The notes below the pieces were generated by a model, which worked only from the letters and a program-made list of their open reading frames with translations, did not search any database and was not told the origin of the DNA. This document shows positions 1 through 11,062 of a DNA stretch of 22,575 nucleotides, piece after piece (positions within the stretch are counted from its first letter, which is position 1; every line of letters begins with the position of its first letter). The position numbers were made by a program, and so were the translations under genes. The stretch covers positions 1 through 22,575 of the forward strand of contig NW_021836945.1 in the NCBI RefSeq assembly GCF_006345805.1, written 5' to 3'. The stretch comes from Octopus sinensis (lineage: Eukaryota).

Positions 1-274
1 CTTCAGATTATTGAGAATTTTCTCCTCCCGGCATGAATAACTTTCAATAACTCTCAATGACATATCAGACCTGCTTAATTAAAAAAAATATATATGAGTC
101 GATTCCATACTACCTGCAGATTTGCTCGAACACAAAATGTACATGTCGTATATCGGCCATATCTTCTGTATATTTTCTATATATTTTTTTCTCTTGAGCA
201 CATATGTACTCTCACACACAATCTATAACATACTTCTGATTTTTTTCCCCTTTCCTGACAATATATCTCTTTTA

Positions 275-318
<44 letters not shown>

Positions 319-396
319 TTTTCTCCCCAAAAAGAAAAGCTCTACCTTGTAATTTGTCCCGTCTGTGTACAACCCTGTGTGGCTAATAAAGAAACA

Positions 397-439
<43 letters not shown>

Positions 440-478
440 TTATCTATCTATCTGTCTATCTATTTATCTATCTATCTT
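275..478. repeat. (TATC)n microsatellites (275-313 and about 397-478)
   Basis: Direct reading; source of the 'YLSI' ORFs. Confidence 0.95.
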
Positions 479-1384
479 TCTATGTTCCAGCCCTCTCTCT
501 TCCTCTCTTGCTCTCTCTCTCCCTCTCCCTCCTATGTTCCGTCCATCCATCTGTCTATCGACGTTCCAGCTATCTATCCTTCTATCTGCTTGCCTGCCTG
601 CCAGTCTGTCTATGTCTCTGATATATATATATATCACCCTACAAACTTGCATCTTTCTATATATGAGTGCGTGTGTGCGCGCGCACGCGCGTTTGTGTCT
701 GTGTGCATATATGCCTGTCTGTGTGTTTGTACGTACGAGTAGAAATCTAATGGATAGAATTCTTGATAAAATTCCTCAATCTTACTGTATTCACTTTAAG
801 TCTGCACAATATCCACACACACACACACACACGCACACTCAGCTTGTCTCTCTTTGTCTTTCCGTGTTTCTGCTGCTTTTGGTCCTTCTCCTCTCTCTCT
901 CTCTCACTTTTATACACACACACACACACACACACAAACACGCTCACTGTCTCCTCGTCTCTCTCCCTGTCTTTCGTACGGTATACACTCAGTGTGATGA
1001 GTTTAATATATTTTGGAATGCAGCTTCATAAATATGTGAGCCAGATATATTTTCGTATCTACCTGTAGTCATGCATATATAAGTTTCTGCCGTTTAAGTG
1101 GCTTTGCTTCAGTGTATATGAGGCGAAGATTTTTTGCGCATGCGCCTACATCTATATCAGTCTCTTTCATATGTCATGGTCAATATATGTATTTCAGCGT
1201 CAATGAACGTATACGACTCCATACACGCATCCGCGCGCGCACGCAGGCGCGCATACACGCGCGCACACACACACACACGCACGCACACACACACACACAC
1301 AATACTACAGAAAAGAAGACATATATCGAAGGTGATTTTTGTAGACGTAAATCAATAAAAAAACTGATTCTTTACATACATATA

Positions 1385-1449
1385 ATACATATATGTATAT
1401 ATATAATATATATATATATATACATACATACATAGAGATAGATAGATAT

Positions 1450-1501
<52 letters not shown>

Positions 1502-1535
1502 GAAGACAGACAGACAGACAGACAGACAGATAGAT

Positions 1536-1566
<31 letters not shown>

Positions 1567-1572
1567 AGAGAT
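1385..1572. repeat. Compound (TA)n-(GATA)n-(GACA)n-(GA)n microsatellite
   Basis: Direct reading. Confidence 0.95.
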
Positions 1573-1681
1573 CCATGAATGCATATGGGTGTGAGTAGGA
1601 ATGTTTGGTCTTTCAAACGACAGAGAAGTCTGGACTATATATAACCTTTTATTGAGTGTGATTCCTACAAGAAATCATCCC

Positions 1682-1728
<47 letters not shown>

Positions 1729-2187
1729 ATCTCTCTCTTATCTCTGTATACGTATGCATTTGTTCGAATCTAATGACTGAATTCATTGCTACGCCGAGTT
1801 TCTCTTTGACGGTGATCTACCAAGAAAAGAAATTCTCTAAGTAGCATCTGTGCGAATAGTTTGGATTCAATGGAGGAATTAGCCGTGTGTGTGTGAGTGT
1901 GTGTGTGTGTGTGTACGTATGTGCGTGTTTGTATGCATGTATGTATATATTACAGGCGGGACTGCAAGGAATACTTTACCACCAAATAATTGCTTTTAGT
2001 TTACTTCGCAGGTATTATACACCACATATCGGCGATTGTTAGTGACTCTAATTTGCGGAAGGGAGGTAGCTGCAAGAACATAAACATTTTCTTCAATGTA
2101 TTAACATTTTTGGAGGGAAAAAGCAATCTGATACTCATTACTGAAGCAAGACACAGCTATGGACAAGCGCTTTTGCGTCATTGGGTG

Positions 2188-2189
<2 letters not shown>

Positions 2190-2253
<64 letters not shown>
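2190..2253. repeat. (TA)n microsatellite
   Basis: Direct reading; a single AA interruption at 2219-2220. Confidence 0.97.
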
Positions 2254-2255
<2 letters not shown>

Positions 2256-2319
2256 CATACAGGTACAGCATCGATTTTCCGGAAACTTTCATTCCAAAGT
2301 TTTTCTTAATTCCCGAAAA

Positions 2320-3105
2320 CCAAAAATGGTGATCTTGGTCTACAAACACTGGCTCAGGAGGAATTGCAATCCCTGAATCAAAACTTGTGCATGACCTGGA
2401 TATTGACATATAATCGTGGGTCTTTCCATGATACATGTGTCTAATTTACCAATAAAATGCAGACGGCTAGAAGGATGGACAATCCGAACTTTCAGAACGA
2501 GAGAAGAGGAAACCATGATGATGCTTAGACTACTGCTCCCAACTATGGTCACCACACAGAAAATAAATATTAACAGCGGAACTCGAAGCAATCCAACGAA
2601 GCTACAGTAAGACAATAGTCTAAATGCAACAGGTCAGCTTCTGGGAATGGCTGAAAAAAGTTAAGAGTATCCTAGAACAAAGGCGGAAAAGATATGTAGT
2701 GATACACATCTGAAAGATCCTGAAGGACTTGTAACAATCTTTGGCATTGAAAATTACGCAAACAGCAATACGAAGCACTGCTGCATTGTGTCAAAGATCC
2801 CAACATCGTCATCAAAATACAGGACCAGTTACTGCAACAGCTTGAGTTTCAAAGGCCCACAGCTCCTCAATATCTTTCTAAAATGCCCGAGGGACCTGTT
2901 GTTATGGATGTAGGTGTTTTCAAAATAAAACTGGGCACCCTCTTGTCAAGAGTTCTGGATGATTATACCTCACAGCAGGAAACACAGATGAGGGTATCAC
3001 CATCAAACTCCCTCATTCTCCAAATGCTATATATCAGAGGTGTAGCAAAGCCAACCTTGGTGCCCCAGCATGATCACAGCTTTAAAGCTGAAACTTGTTA
3101 AAGAG
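2320..3105 (+). mobile_element. Decayed, 5'-truncated non-LTR retrotransposon (CR1/L2-group LINE): ORF2 C-terminal region plus 3' end
   Basis: Hand translation across frameshifts and stops gives GIAIPESKLVHDLDIDI*, KCRRLEGWTIRTFRTREEETMMM, LDYCSQLWSPH (2525-2557), AELEAIQRSYSK, FWEWLKK..LEQRRKRY, SLSFKGPQLLN and VFKIKLGTLLSRVLDD...SNSLILQM. These match, in order, the post-RT motifs typical of CR1/L2-group ORF2 (VRDLG; LEYC..W.P; LE.VQR; YWERL..L..RR.RY; GP.LFN; FK..LD). The 5' boundary is approximate. Confidence 0.88.
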
Positions 3106-4579
3106 TTAACTAAATTAAATACAGATATCTATAAATTAATGTAAATTAGAGCGGAGATAAAGTAATTTCGGACAGTGTCATTTGACGATGCCGGTACTGA
3201 CAACATTAACTTCTTGAAACGCTGGATCACAGATAGATTTCAGATAAATTGCATTCCAATCGTAACCATCCTATCTTTATATCTATATAAGACTGTAATA
3301 TGTATTATTTCGGGTTCGTAGCTACTATTTCTAGCAGATTCAGCTGGCACCTGGAAACAGCTACAGTGGCTGACCGAAAAAGGTGATTTAAATCGCTGGT
3401 TGAAGCCATTATTACTCTTTTCCGCCACTTAGGCTAATGCCCTTGAGGAAACATATGCAAGTCCCTGTATTCTACTATCTTCATTTCTTACCACCAGAAC
3501 AGAATGGGGAGCGAGTGAGTTGGTGGACAGCGATGGGGACTTGTGCCCAAACTAGTAAAAAAAAGAAAATGAGGCAATATTTCGCAGTCATTTCATGCAT
3601 GTCATTTTTCACATGATTATAGAGTTTTTCTATGACTTACTTTCGTGCGCGTGAGTGCGCCTGTATATGTGTCTGTGTTTGATTATTTGTGTCCATGTGC
3701 ATAACATTGTATCTGTGGGAGTGGCTGTGTGTATATAATTCTAAGTGCATTTGTGTTGTTTCTGAGCATATGCTTGTGTGCATATATACGTTACTTGAGG
3801 GTCTGTATGTGTGTTTCTATGGCTTGTGTATTTATATGTCAGCGTGCATGCATTTGTGAGTACATGTCAATACATATGCATATATATGATTGTATACATG
3901 CATTTGTATCCATACATCCATCCATATATATATATATATAGATACGTATATATATGTATACGTGTTTTTATCTTTATGTGAATGTGTGTGTATGTTAATG
4001 AATAAATGTATCTGTATGAATATGCGTATTGTGTAAGAGTCTGTGTACATGTGTTCCTTTTAACCGCAGCTACATTCCATAATTTATGCCGTATGATGTA
4101 AAGTTTCAAATAATACATGAATCCATAATGAACAAGACTCACTGACATTAATAGGTAATGACAGTGGGAAGGTTTCTATATTTAACGCTTCGTTAAACAC
4201 ACTATTGAAAAGAACAATCTCTTCAACTGACCGCCAGAAATTAGATTTATAACTTGATCGGTGGTCTTCTGGCAAGGTGGCGAAGTAGATGTTTTGGGGG
4301 GAAGGAAAGGGTAGGAAAGATGGATTTTGTTGCAGCTATAGCTTTTTTTGTTATTGTTCTTGATGCAATTGTTGTTGTTGTTGATGACGCTGATATGTTC
4401 TTTTTTATTGTTTTGATTTAATTTTTGTGTGTTTATATGTGCGTTGGGGGAATCCATTTTATCTTTACAGCTTCTACGGTCAGTGTGTATATGTACGTAT
4501 ATATCGGGAAACGCAAATGTGTTTAAGAGACAGTGAAATATACATGCGAACGTATATACGTACATAAGTGAATGGACAT

Positions 4580-4614
4580 ATATATATATATATATATATA
4601 TACATACATATACA

Positions 4615-4647
<33 letters not shown>

Positions 4648-4678
4648 GTATACATACATACATGTATACATACATTCA
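4580..4678. repeat. (TA)n-(TACA)n microsatellite
   Basis: Direct reading. Confidence 0.95.
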
Positions 4679-4918
4679 TGAGGAGGAAGAAAGTGTTTGT
4701 GTATCTGCATATACATATATATAGGTATATATGTGGACATGCGTGTATATGTGTATATATATCGTATGTATATATGTGTGTGTATACGACTGGGCGTGTG
4801 CATGTTCCACTGTATTTCTATGCGTAACATATTTATTTTTTTCCTCCACACCCTAATTGCCGAAACAATGCAATGTGCATTCGGAACAATTGGATAATGC
4901 TTAATATCTACAAATCGA

Positions 4919-4953
<35 letters not shown>

Positions 4954-5367
4954 TGGAGAATTAATTGCTAATGAAAATGCAATGAGAATATGCGGTTATT
5001 TCTGTTTTCTGTTTGTTATGTTAATGTTGATATTGATGTTAGTGTTGGGTTGGGGATTCCGGATAATTTTTTTTTACTTTTCTTCGTGGGGTGGGTGTTA
5101 ACATTTGTGACATTGAAAGACGTGTTATATTGATGCTGCTGCTGCTGCTGGTGGTGGTGTTAGTGGTTGTGGTTATTGAAGGTAGTTGTACGTGCAATGG
5201 ATAAGGGAAGTCTTTTCAAGGAGGAGTAGTAGAAGTAGGTGGTGTAATTAAAGTTATTTGTTAGCAGAAGACTGCCTGGGTGAAGAGGAAGGAAGAAAAA
5301 GATCTCAACAATTTGAATAATAAAACAATGTTTAGTGAAAGAAATAGACGTAGGGAACAATGTGTAC

Positions 5368-5429
<62 letters not shown>

Positions 5430-5450
5430 CGAGAGAGAAAGAGAGACAGA
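5368..5450. repeat. (GA)n microsatellite
   Basis: Direct reading; source of the poly-RE ORF. Confidence 0.95.
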
Positions 5451-6255
5451 CAGAGTGGGGAAAAGGGGTTTAGTGATGGATCAAATTAAGATTAAAGAAT
5501 AGAGATAACTAGTGGAATGGTAAAGAAAATAAAGATGTCGGCTGAGGTGGTGCTAAGAGAAATTAAGGCAACATGGCATTTATTTGTGAGGAACGAGAAA
5601 AAAATTGGACAACATAAAATACAAAATTAGGAAAGAGAGATTGTTAGAAATGGAGAAAAGATTGAACGAGAGATAGCACCGAGAAAAGAGTAGAGATAGA
5701 GAGAAGAGAATAAGAGTGACACGGAAGAAAAAGACCCGGTTGGTTATATAGTGATACGGAATACGGACTTGTGATGGGTTTCTTTTGTTTGTTTTTTATA
5801 TGTATCTTAGTCATGGCAGGGAGGGCAATGCCAGTGACCTTTACAGGACCTCGGAAGCTGGTGAAGAAAGGGGAAGAGGAAAGCGCGACTCAAGGTTTGC
5901 TGCTAGCAACTACTTAGATGGATCTCTGGAATTAACTGAGCTGGAATTTAATGACCACGAGTAGGCCTGCCAGCAAATAACGCGTCAGCCTGGGGCGATA
6001 CTCAATAAATCAGGTCCATACCGGGTTTGGTGGTGAATCTCTACTGGAGACCCTTTTCCGCTATATGTGCATGTATACTCTTACATCAAGCAGATCAGTA
6101 CGATATACAACTCCCTAGAGACAAACGACTTGCTTTGAAATTTTATAGAAGATTTCTTTGTAGTCAAAGGCACTCAAAGAGCAGGTAGGTGTATTAAATA
6201 AACTGGATGGCGGATTATGTCAACTGCGTAAGTCAAAGATGGATAAGGACGGATC

Positions 6256-6272
6256 GATGGATGGATAGATAG

Positions 6273-6340
<68 letters not shown>

Positions 6341-6345
6341 AGAGA
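6256..6345. repeat. Compound (GATG)-(GATA)n-(GA)n microsatellite
   Basis: Direct reading. Confidence 0.95.
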
Positions 6346-6550
6346 GGTGGATGGACGACGGAGAAAAGTGACAAAGATGCGAAACCAAGTATAAAATTGA
6401 AAGAAGTATAGTAGATTTAAGGAATACATAGACAGCCATTTAACGTCAGATCGAGTTGCTCAGAGCATTAGATTGAGTTACTTGCTGTACTCGATCTGGT
6501 TTGCTGTACTGCAACTGTTGATTTGGGGGAATTGGTAAATAGTGACAAGA

Positions 6551-6833
6551 CGGTAGGTTGGCTGAATTCTTAGAGGGCAGGACAAGATGGGTTTTTGATG
6601 CTGCTCCAAACTATGCCGGGTTCAGTTTGTCCCCCTCCCTATCACCGCTTGCCAACCAGTGTTGGTGTTTACGTTCCCGTAACTTTGCGGTTCGGCAAAA
6701 ACAGACCGTTAGAATAAGTAGTAGGCTTTAAAAAATAAATCCTAGGGTCGATTTGTTAAACAAAAAAACCTTCGAGGCGATACCCCAGCATGGCCGCAGT
6801 CAAATGACTGAAACACGTAAAAGAGTAAAAGAG
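6551..6833 (+). mobile_element. SINE-B 3' half (6625-6833), preceded by a degenerate SINE-head-like segment
   Basis: 6625-6833 aligns with the 3' half of the full copy at 21270-21470 (gtttgtcc...cgcttg.caac...gtgtttacgt.cccgtaactt.g.ggttcggcaaa...gggtcg.tttg...ccccag.atggcc.cagt.aaatgactgaaac..gtaaaagagtaaaagag). Confidence 0.85.
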
Positions 6834-6837
6834 TACT

Positions 6838-6888
6838 ATTATTAGTATTGTTGTTGTTATTATTATTATTATAATCATTATTATTATA

Positions 6889-6939
<51 letters not shown>
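6838..6939. repeat. (ATT)n microsatellite just after the SINE-B tail
   Basis: Direct reading. Confidence 0.95.
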
Positions 6940-8159
6940 TACTATATAAACTCTTTGTATATATGTGTATACATGTCTATTTTAAAATCTGTATGTGTTG
7001 TCTTCGTGATTGTATGTATGTGTGTGAGTGTGTGTGTATTTACATGTTTTCGATACGTATTTTAAAAATATATCTATAAAATACAAAAACGTGACTATAA
7101 GTGCTTACTGGCAGTCAGTCAAATGCTTCGAACCGTAGTATGGACATCACTAAGCAAGCTATCACAACGGACAATAGCCTTAAATCTTGCTAGCCAAGTT
7201 ACCTATCTTAACTGTGAAAAGGTACAACCGTCACTATTCTATAATTTGAAATTATTCATTGAATTGCAGTGCTAAACTCAAGCCTGGCAACGAATATAGG
7301 ATAGAATAGCAAACACATACTAATCGATAAATCAATATAGTCAATCACAAATAGATGGATGCATCTGGTTTTAGGAAATTTCTATCTTTCGGCTTGTCTT
7401 TATCACACGGGAATGAGATAAAATATACAATGCATCATTGATATCTGTTGCTGTCTACTTTTATATTTCCACATACTTCTTTGTTTAATGATACTGGGAA
7501 AGTAATGATTGCCACGAATTCTCTTATTCCTTGTGTTATTTATAAGAAATTCCCACAATTCTCCGCCATCAAAATATACATTCATAATAGTATCTGTCTA
7601 TCTATCTGTCTATTTATCGTTCATTCCTGGACTGTTATTTGATGTTACAATAATTTAGTGAAATTTATATATTTTCTCATGAGTCTTCAGTTTGAAGACA
7701 TACGACATCATTTCTGTGTAAAATGATAGTGGCCTTATGTTAGCATATTGGTGCGTTTTGCAGTAGGCAACCAGGGATAATGGATTTGATGTTCACAGTA
7801 ACCATCGCCAGTATTAAACTTGTTTAGCAATTAACTTCTATCACATGCATAGATCTCTTACACTAGGGTGTGTGAAACACTAACATCAATTTGTTTGCTT
7901 TTTTTTTTTTGCATTTTCATTATTATGCTATGTATGTATGTATATATGTATGGATCTATCTGTCTAGTAAATGTGTGTATGGGCACGTGGACCAAATGAG
8001 TGTAGACAGTCCCTGGTTGCAACTATATATTTTAGCACACTGGAGAGACGAATAAAATGTTGGTAGGTGCCAAGAAAAATTGCAGACCGACGTCGACACA
8101 AATGACAAAGTGAATGTTCCAGCTGTAAGATAATCAAGAGGTGCATGCATACGATTTTA

Positions 8160-8203
8160 CACACATACACACACACATGCATACACACACAAACACACAC
8201 AAC

Positions 8204-8235
<32 letters not shown>

Positions 8236-8384
8236 TAAAATACACACTAGCACAAACATTGATTTTGAATCTGTGTGTACGCTTGTATACATGCATATGT
8301 ATGCTCATTTAAGCACATATATATATATATATGAATAGAGGCTTGTGTATATATGTATATATATGCATGTATATATATATGATA

Positions 8385-8431
<47 letters not shown>
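8160..8431. repeat. (CA)n tract followed by a (TA)n-rich tract
   Basis: Direct reading. Confidence 0.9.
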
Positions 8432-8434
<3 letters not shown>

Positions 8435-8630
8435 AGATCGTTAGCCACTACACACATTTTTTCTCTCCTTTTTTTCTCTCCGTTCTCTCCTTGTTTTTTC
8501 TGTATCCCTATCTGTAGAAGAGCGTAGGCTCGAAACGTAAAAGACTTTTTCTATTCCTGAGCGTTATACTAATACATCTGTTTGTTTTGTACACCACCTG
8601 TCTTCGTCTTTTGTTTTTTTCGTAAACTCT

Positions 8631-8633
<3 letters not shown>
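8432..8633 (+). mobile_element. Short non-autonomous element of about 200 nt, probably Penelope-like-element derived, nested in (TA)n
   Basis: Complex-sequence block bounded on both sides by TA tracts. Contains the hammerhead-like core CTGTAGA-A-GAGCgtagGCTC-GAAACGTA. I recall it as an abundant octopus repeat but cannot verify that here. Confidence 0.5.
8508..8543 (+). ncRNA. Degenerate minimal type-I hammerhead ribozyme motif
   Basis: CTGTAGA at 8512-8518 (consensus CTGANGA, A6 changed to T); stem II GAGC/GCTC (8520-8531) with a GTAG loop; GAAA at 8532-8535; palindromic ACGT stem III; GTA cleavage triplet; stem I ctat/aaag with 3 of 4 pairs. Confidence 0.45.
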
Positions 8634-8679
<46 letters not shown>

Positions 8680-8720
8680 CAGACAGATAGTTAGATAGAT
8701 AGATAGTGAGATAGATAGCT
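8634..8720. repeat. (TA)n-(GA)n-(GATA)n compound microsatellite
   Basis: Direct reading. Confidence 0.92.
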
Positions 8721-8924
8721 GGAGGAAGAATGAGAGGTGGGGGCATATTCTCATAGATATGTATGTACGTAAGTACAACCAGTCTATAACGAAGACTCCG
8801 ATGATTTCATTTTAGTTATCGCAATATACTTTATCGGTTGGTAACTTACATAACCTATATAATTCCAATAGCACAATTTATAACCAATCATTTCAATCGA
8901 TTCGATTCATACAGTCGCTGGAGT

Positions 8925-8960
8925 CACCATCATCATCGACATCAGCAGCACCTCTTACAG

Positions 8961-8995
<35 letters not shown>

Positions 8996-9074
8996 GCACA
9001 ACCGTCATCATCAGCATTAACATCAGCATAATCTATCATCCTCCGTACTAATATCATTGTTTTTGCTGTTGTTG

Positions 9075-9119
<45 letters not shown>

Positions 9120-9259
9120 GCTATTCCGAGGAGAAAGTTCTTTGAGATCACCATTATTAGTATTTTTAATATTATGAATATTTTCAATAATAAGTCTATT
9201 GATGTTATCGTTCCTGTTGTTGTTGCTATTATTGTTATTGTTATTATTATTATCAATCA

Positions 9260-9297
<38 letters not shown>
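8925..9297. repeat. Trinucleotide cluster: (CAT)n, (GTT)n, (ATT)n
   Basis: Direct reading; source of the poly-H, poly-L, poly-I and poly-N ORFs. Confidence 0.92.
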
Positions 9298-9298
<1 letters not shown>

Positions 9299-10000
9299 AT
9301 TTATATGACTGTTATGTTTCCTTATCATTATTTTTTTTTAACGACCACTGTTTACGTCTCCCCTACTTTCCAATAATTTATGCCATTCTGTTAACAATTC
9401 AACAGTTCAGAGAAAATAAAGATATAGAGGAGAATGTGTGTGTGGCAGGCGGGAATACTATAGAAGAGAAGGAGATGAAGAGACAACGGAATGGACGGAG
9501 CAAAATACATGAGAAAGACTAGAGGAGCGAGAAGAGAAGGAGAGAGATAAAGACAGAGGTAGCTGAGGAAAAAGGAGACGGAAAACAAGGCAGCAATGAA
9601 GTGAAAAATTTTCGCATCTAAATAAAATTCACATTTTTTTTTTTTTTTTTGTGTTATATTCTTTCATTTCATTTCATTTGCTTCGCTATATTTATTATTT
9701 TTGTAGTTAAATATTGCAATGCTTTTTTATATTGCTGTTCTTTTCATGTTTTTTTTTGTGTGTGCATATATATATATATATATATAATATATATATATAT
9801 ATGTTTGTGTGACTGTGAATACATATATATTTATAAATAGTTATATATATATATTCATCATATTCAGGCATCTATATATTTTAGGTCTCGTATCCATTTG
9901 CTCTGATAAACATTCGTTTTTATGGCATATTTCTTCCTGCACAAAACACATTCCCACTGAAATAGAGATGTAAATTTATGCATATGCGACGTGTCTATGC

Positions 10001-10054
<54 letters not shown>

Positions 10055-10090
10055 ACGAACACACACACACGCACACATATATATATATAG
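10001..10090. repeat. (TA)n-(CA)n microsatellite
   Basis: Direct reading. Confidence 0.95.
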
Positions 10091-10499
10091 TATGTGTGGT
10101 TGTCTGTATAGTATGTGCGTGAGTATAAAGTGCTTGTATTAAGATATCTGCATATCATTGTGTGATAATGTTCTGCCATACGGTTATGGTAATTATGAGT
10201 GGAAGATAACAATATTTTCATAATTCCCTTTACCTCATTCTTTCTTCTTCACTATATCTCTACCTCTCACTTTTTTCTACTTATTCTTACATTGCTGTCT
10301 CTAGCTAATTCTCTTTCCTTTTGTACTTTATTCTCTGCTTTTCCGTCAAATTTGTGTGTGTATGTGTGTGTGTGTGTGAGCGTGTGCGTGTGTGAGGAAT
10401 TGAATTTTATATTTTACACTGGCGTTGCATTAAGTTTGACGTATCCGCTTTTCCACACGATTAAATGTTATTTTAATACTTAGGTTTATATAGGTATTG

Positions 10500-10566
10500 T
10501 ATACATACATACATACATACATACATACATACATACACACATATGTATATATATATATATATATAC
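10500..10566. repeat. (TACA)n-(TA)n microsatellite
   Basis: Direct reading. Confidence 0.95.
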
Positions 10567-11062
10567 ATACGTTTATTGTGGAATTGAATATTACCTTGGT
10601 CCATTCTTAGGCTAATCTTGTAAAATTTAAGATTTTTAAAATTATGATCGACAGAGCATTTTCATGTAATTAGAAGATATGATGAGTCGAATGAAATAAT
10701 TCCAATGAACACTGAATTATGAGACGGACAAAATTACAGTGGGGTGAAATTTATTATGCTTATCTATATATATCTATATATGTATGTATGGCAGAGAAGA
10801 ATAAAAAGGGGAATATAAAATTTTGAAGGGGAAGAGAACTTCAAGGAGAAAATGTTGAGAGGTGATAGTGCCTGGGTGGTGAAAATGAAGAAGGAACACA
10901 TTAGAGTAGAAGTATAATTTATATTTTTATAAATAAAATTTGACAAATTGCCCAACGAGGAGGCAAATGGAGGAAAGACATTCAGGTGTATGTCTTCCTG
11001 TTAGTATCCCATAGTTTCGTAAAGTTTAGTAATTAACTTGTCATCACTTTTCATTACATACA

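Noticed and set aside
122-1616. Many 60-165 aa ORFs (YLSI, HT, SL, CV repeats)
   Set aside because: They are translations of microsatellites, which lack stops in several frames. The same applies to similar ORFs across the window.
2012-2065. 54-nt exon candidate (ttacttcgcag|...GGAG|gtagct)
   Set aside because: Weak donor, two frames open and no recognisable peptide.
6127-6142. Exact 16-mer gacttgctttgaaatt repeated at 11667-11682
   Set aside because: About one such match is expected by chance in 22 kb of AT-rich DNA, and the flanks do not align.
8026-8052. HTGE peptide in a 27-nt AG...GT segment, suggestive of a C2H2 zinc-finger linker
   Set aside because: Only four residues match, there is no Cys/His finger pattern nearby, and the coordinates are approximate.
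8838-9522. Poly-His, poly-Leu, poly-Ile and poly-Asn ORFs
   Set aside because: Produced by (CAT)n and (ATT)n tracts, with no complex coding context.
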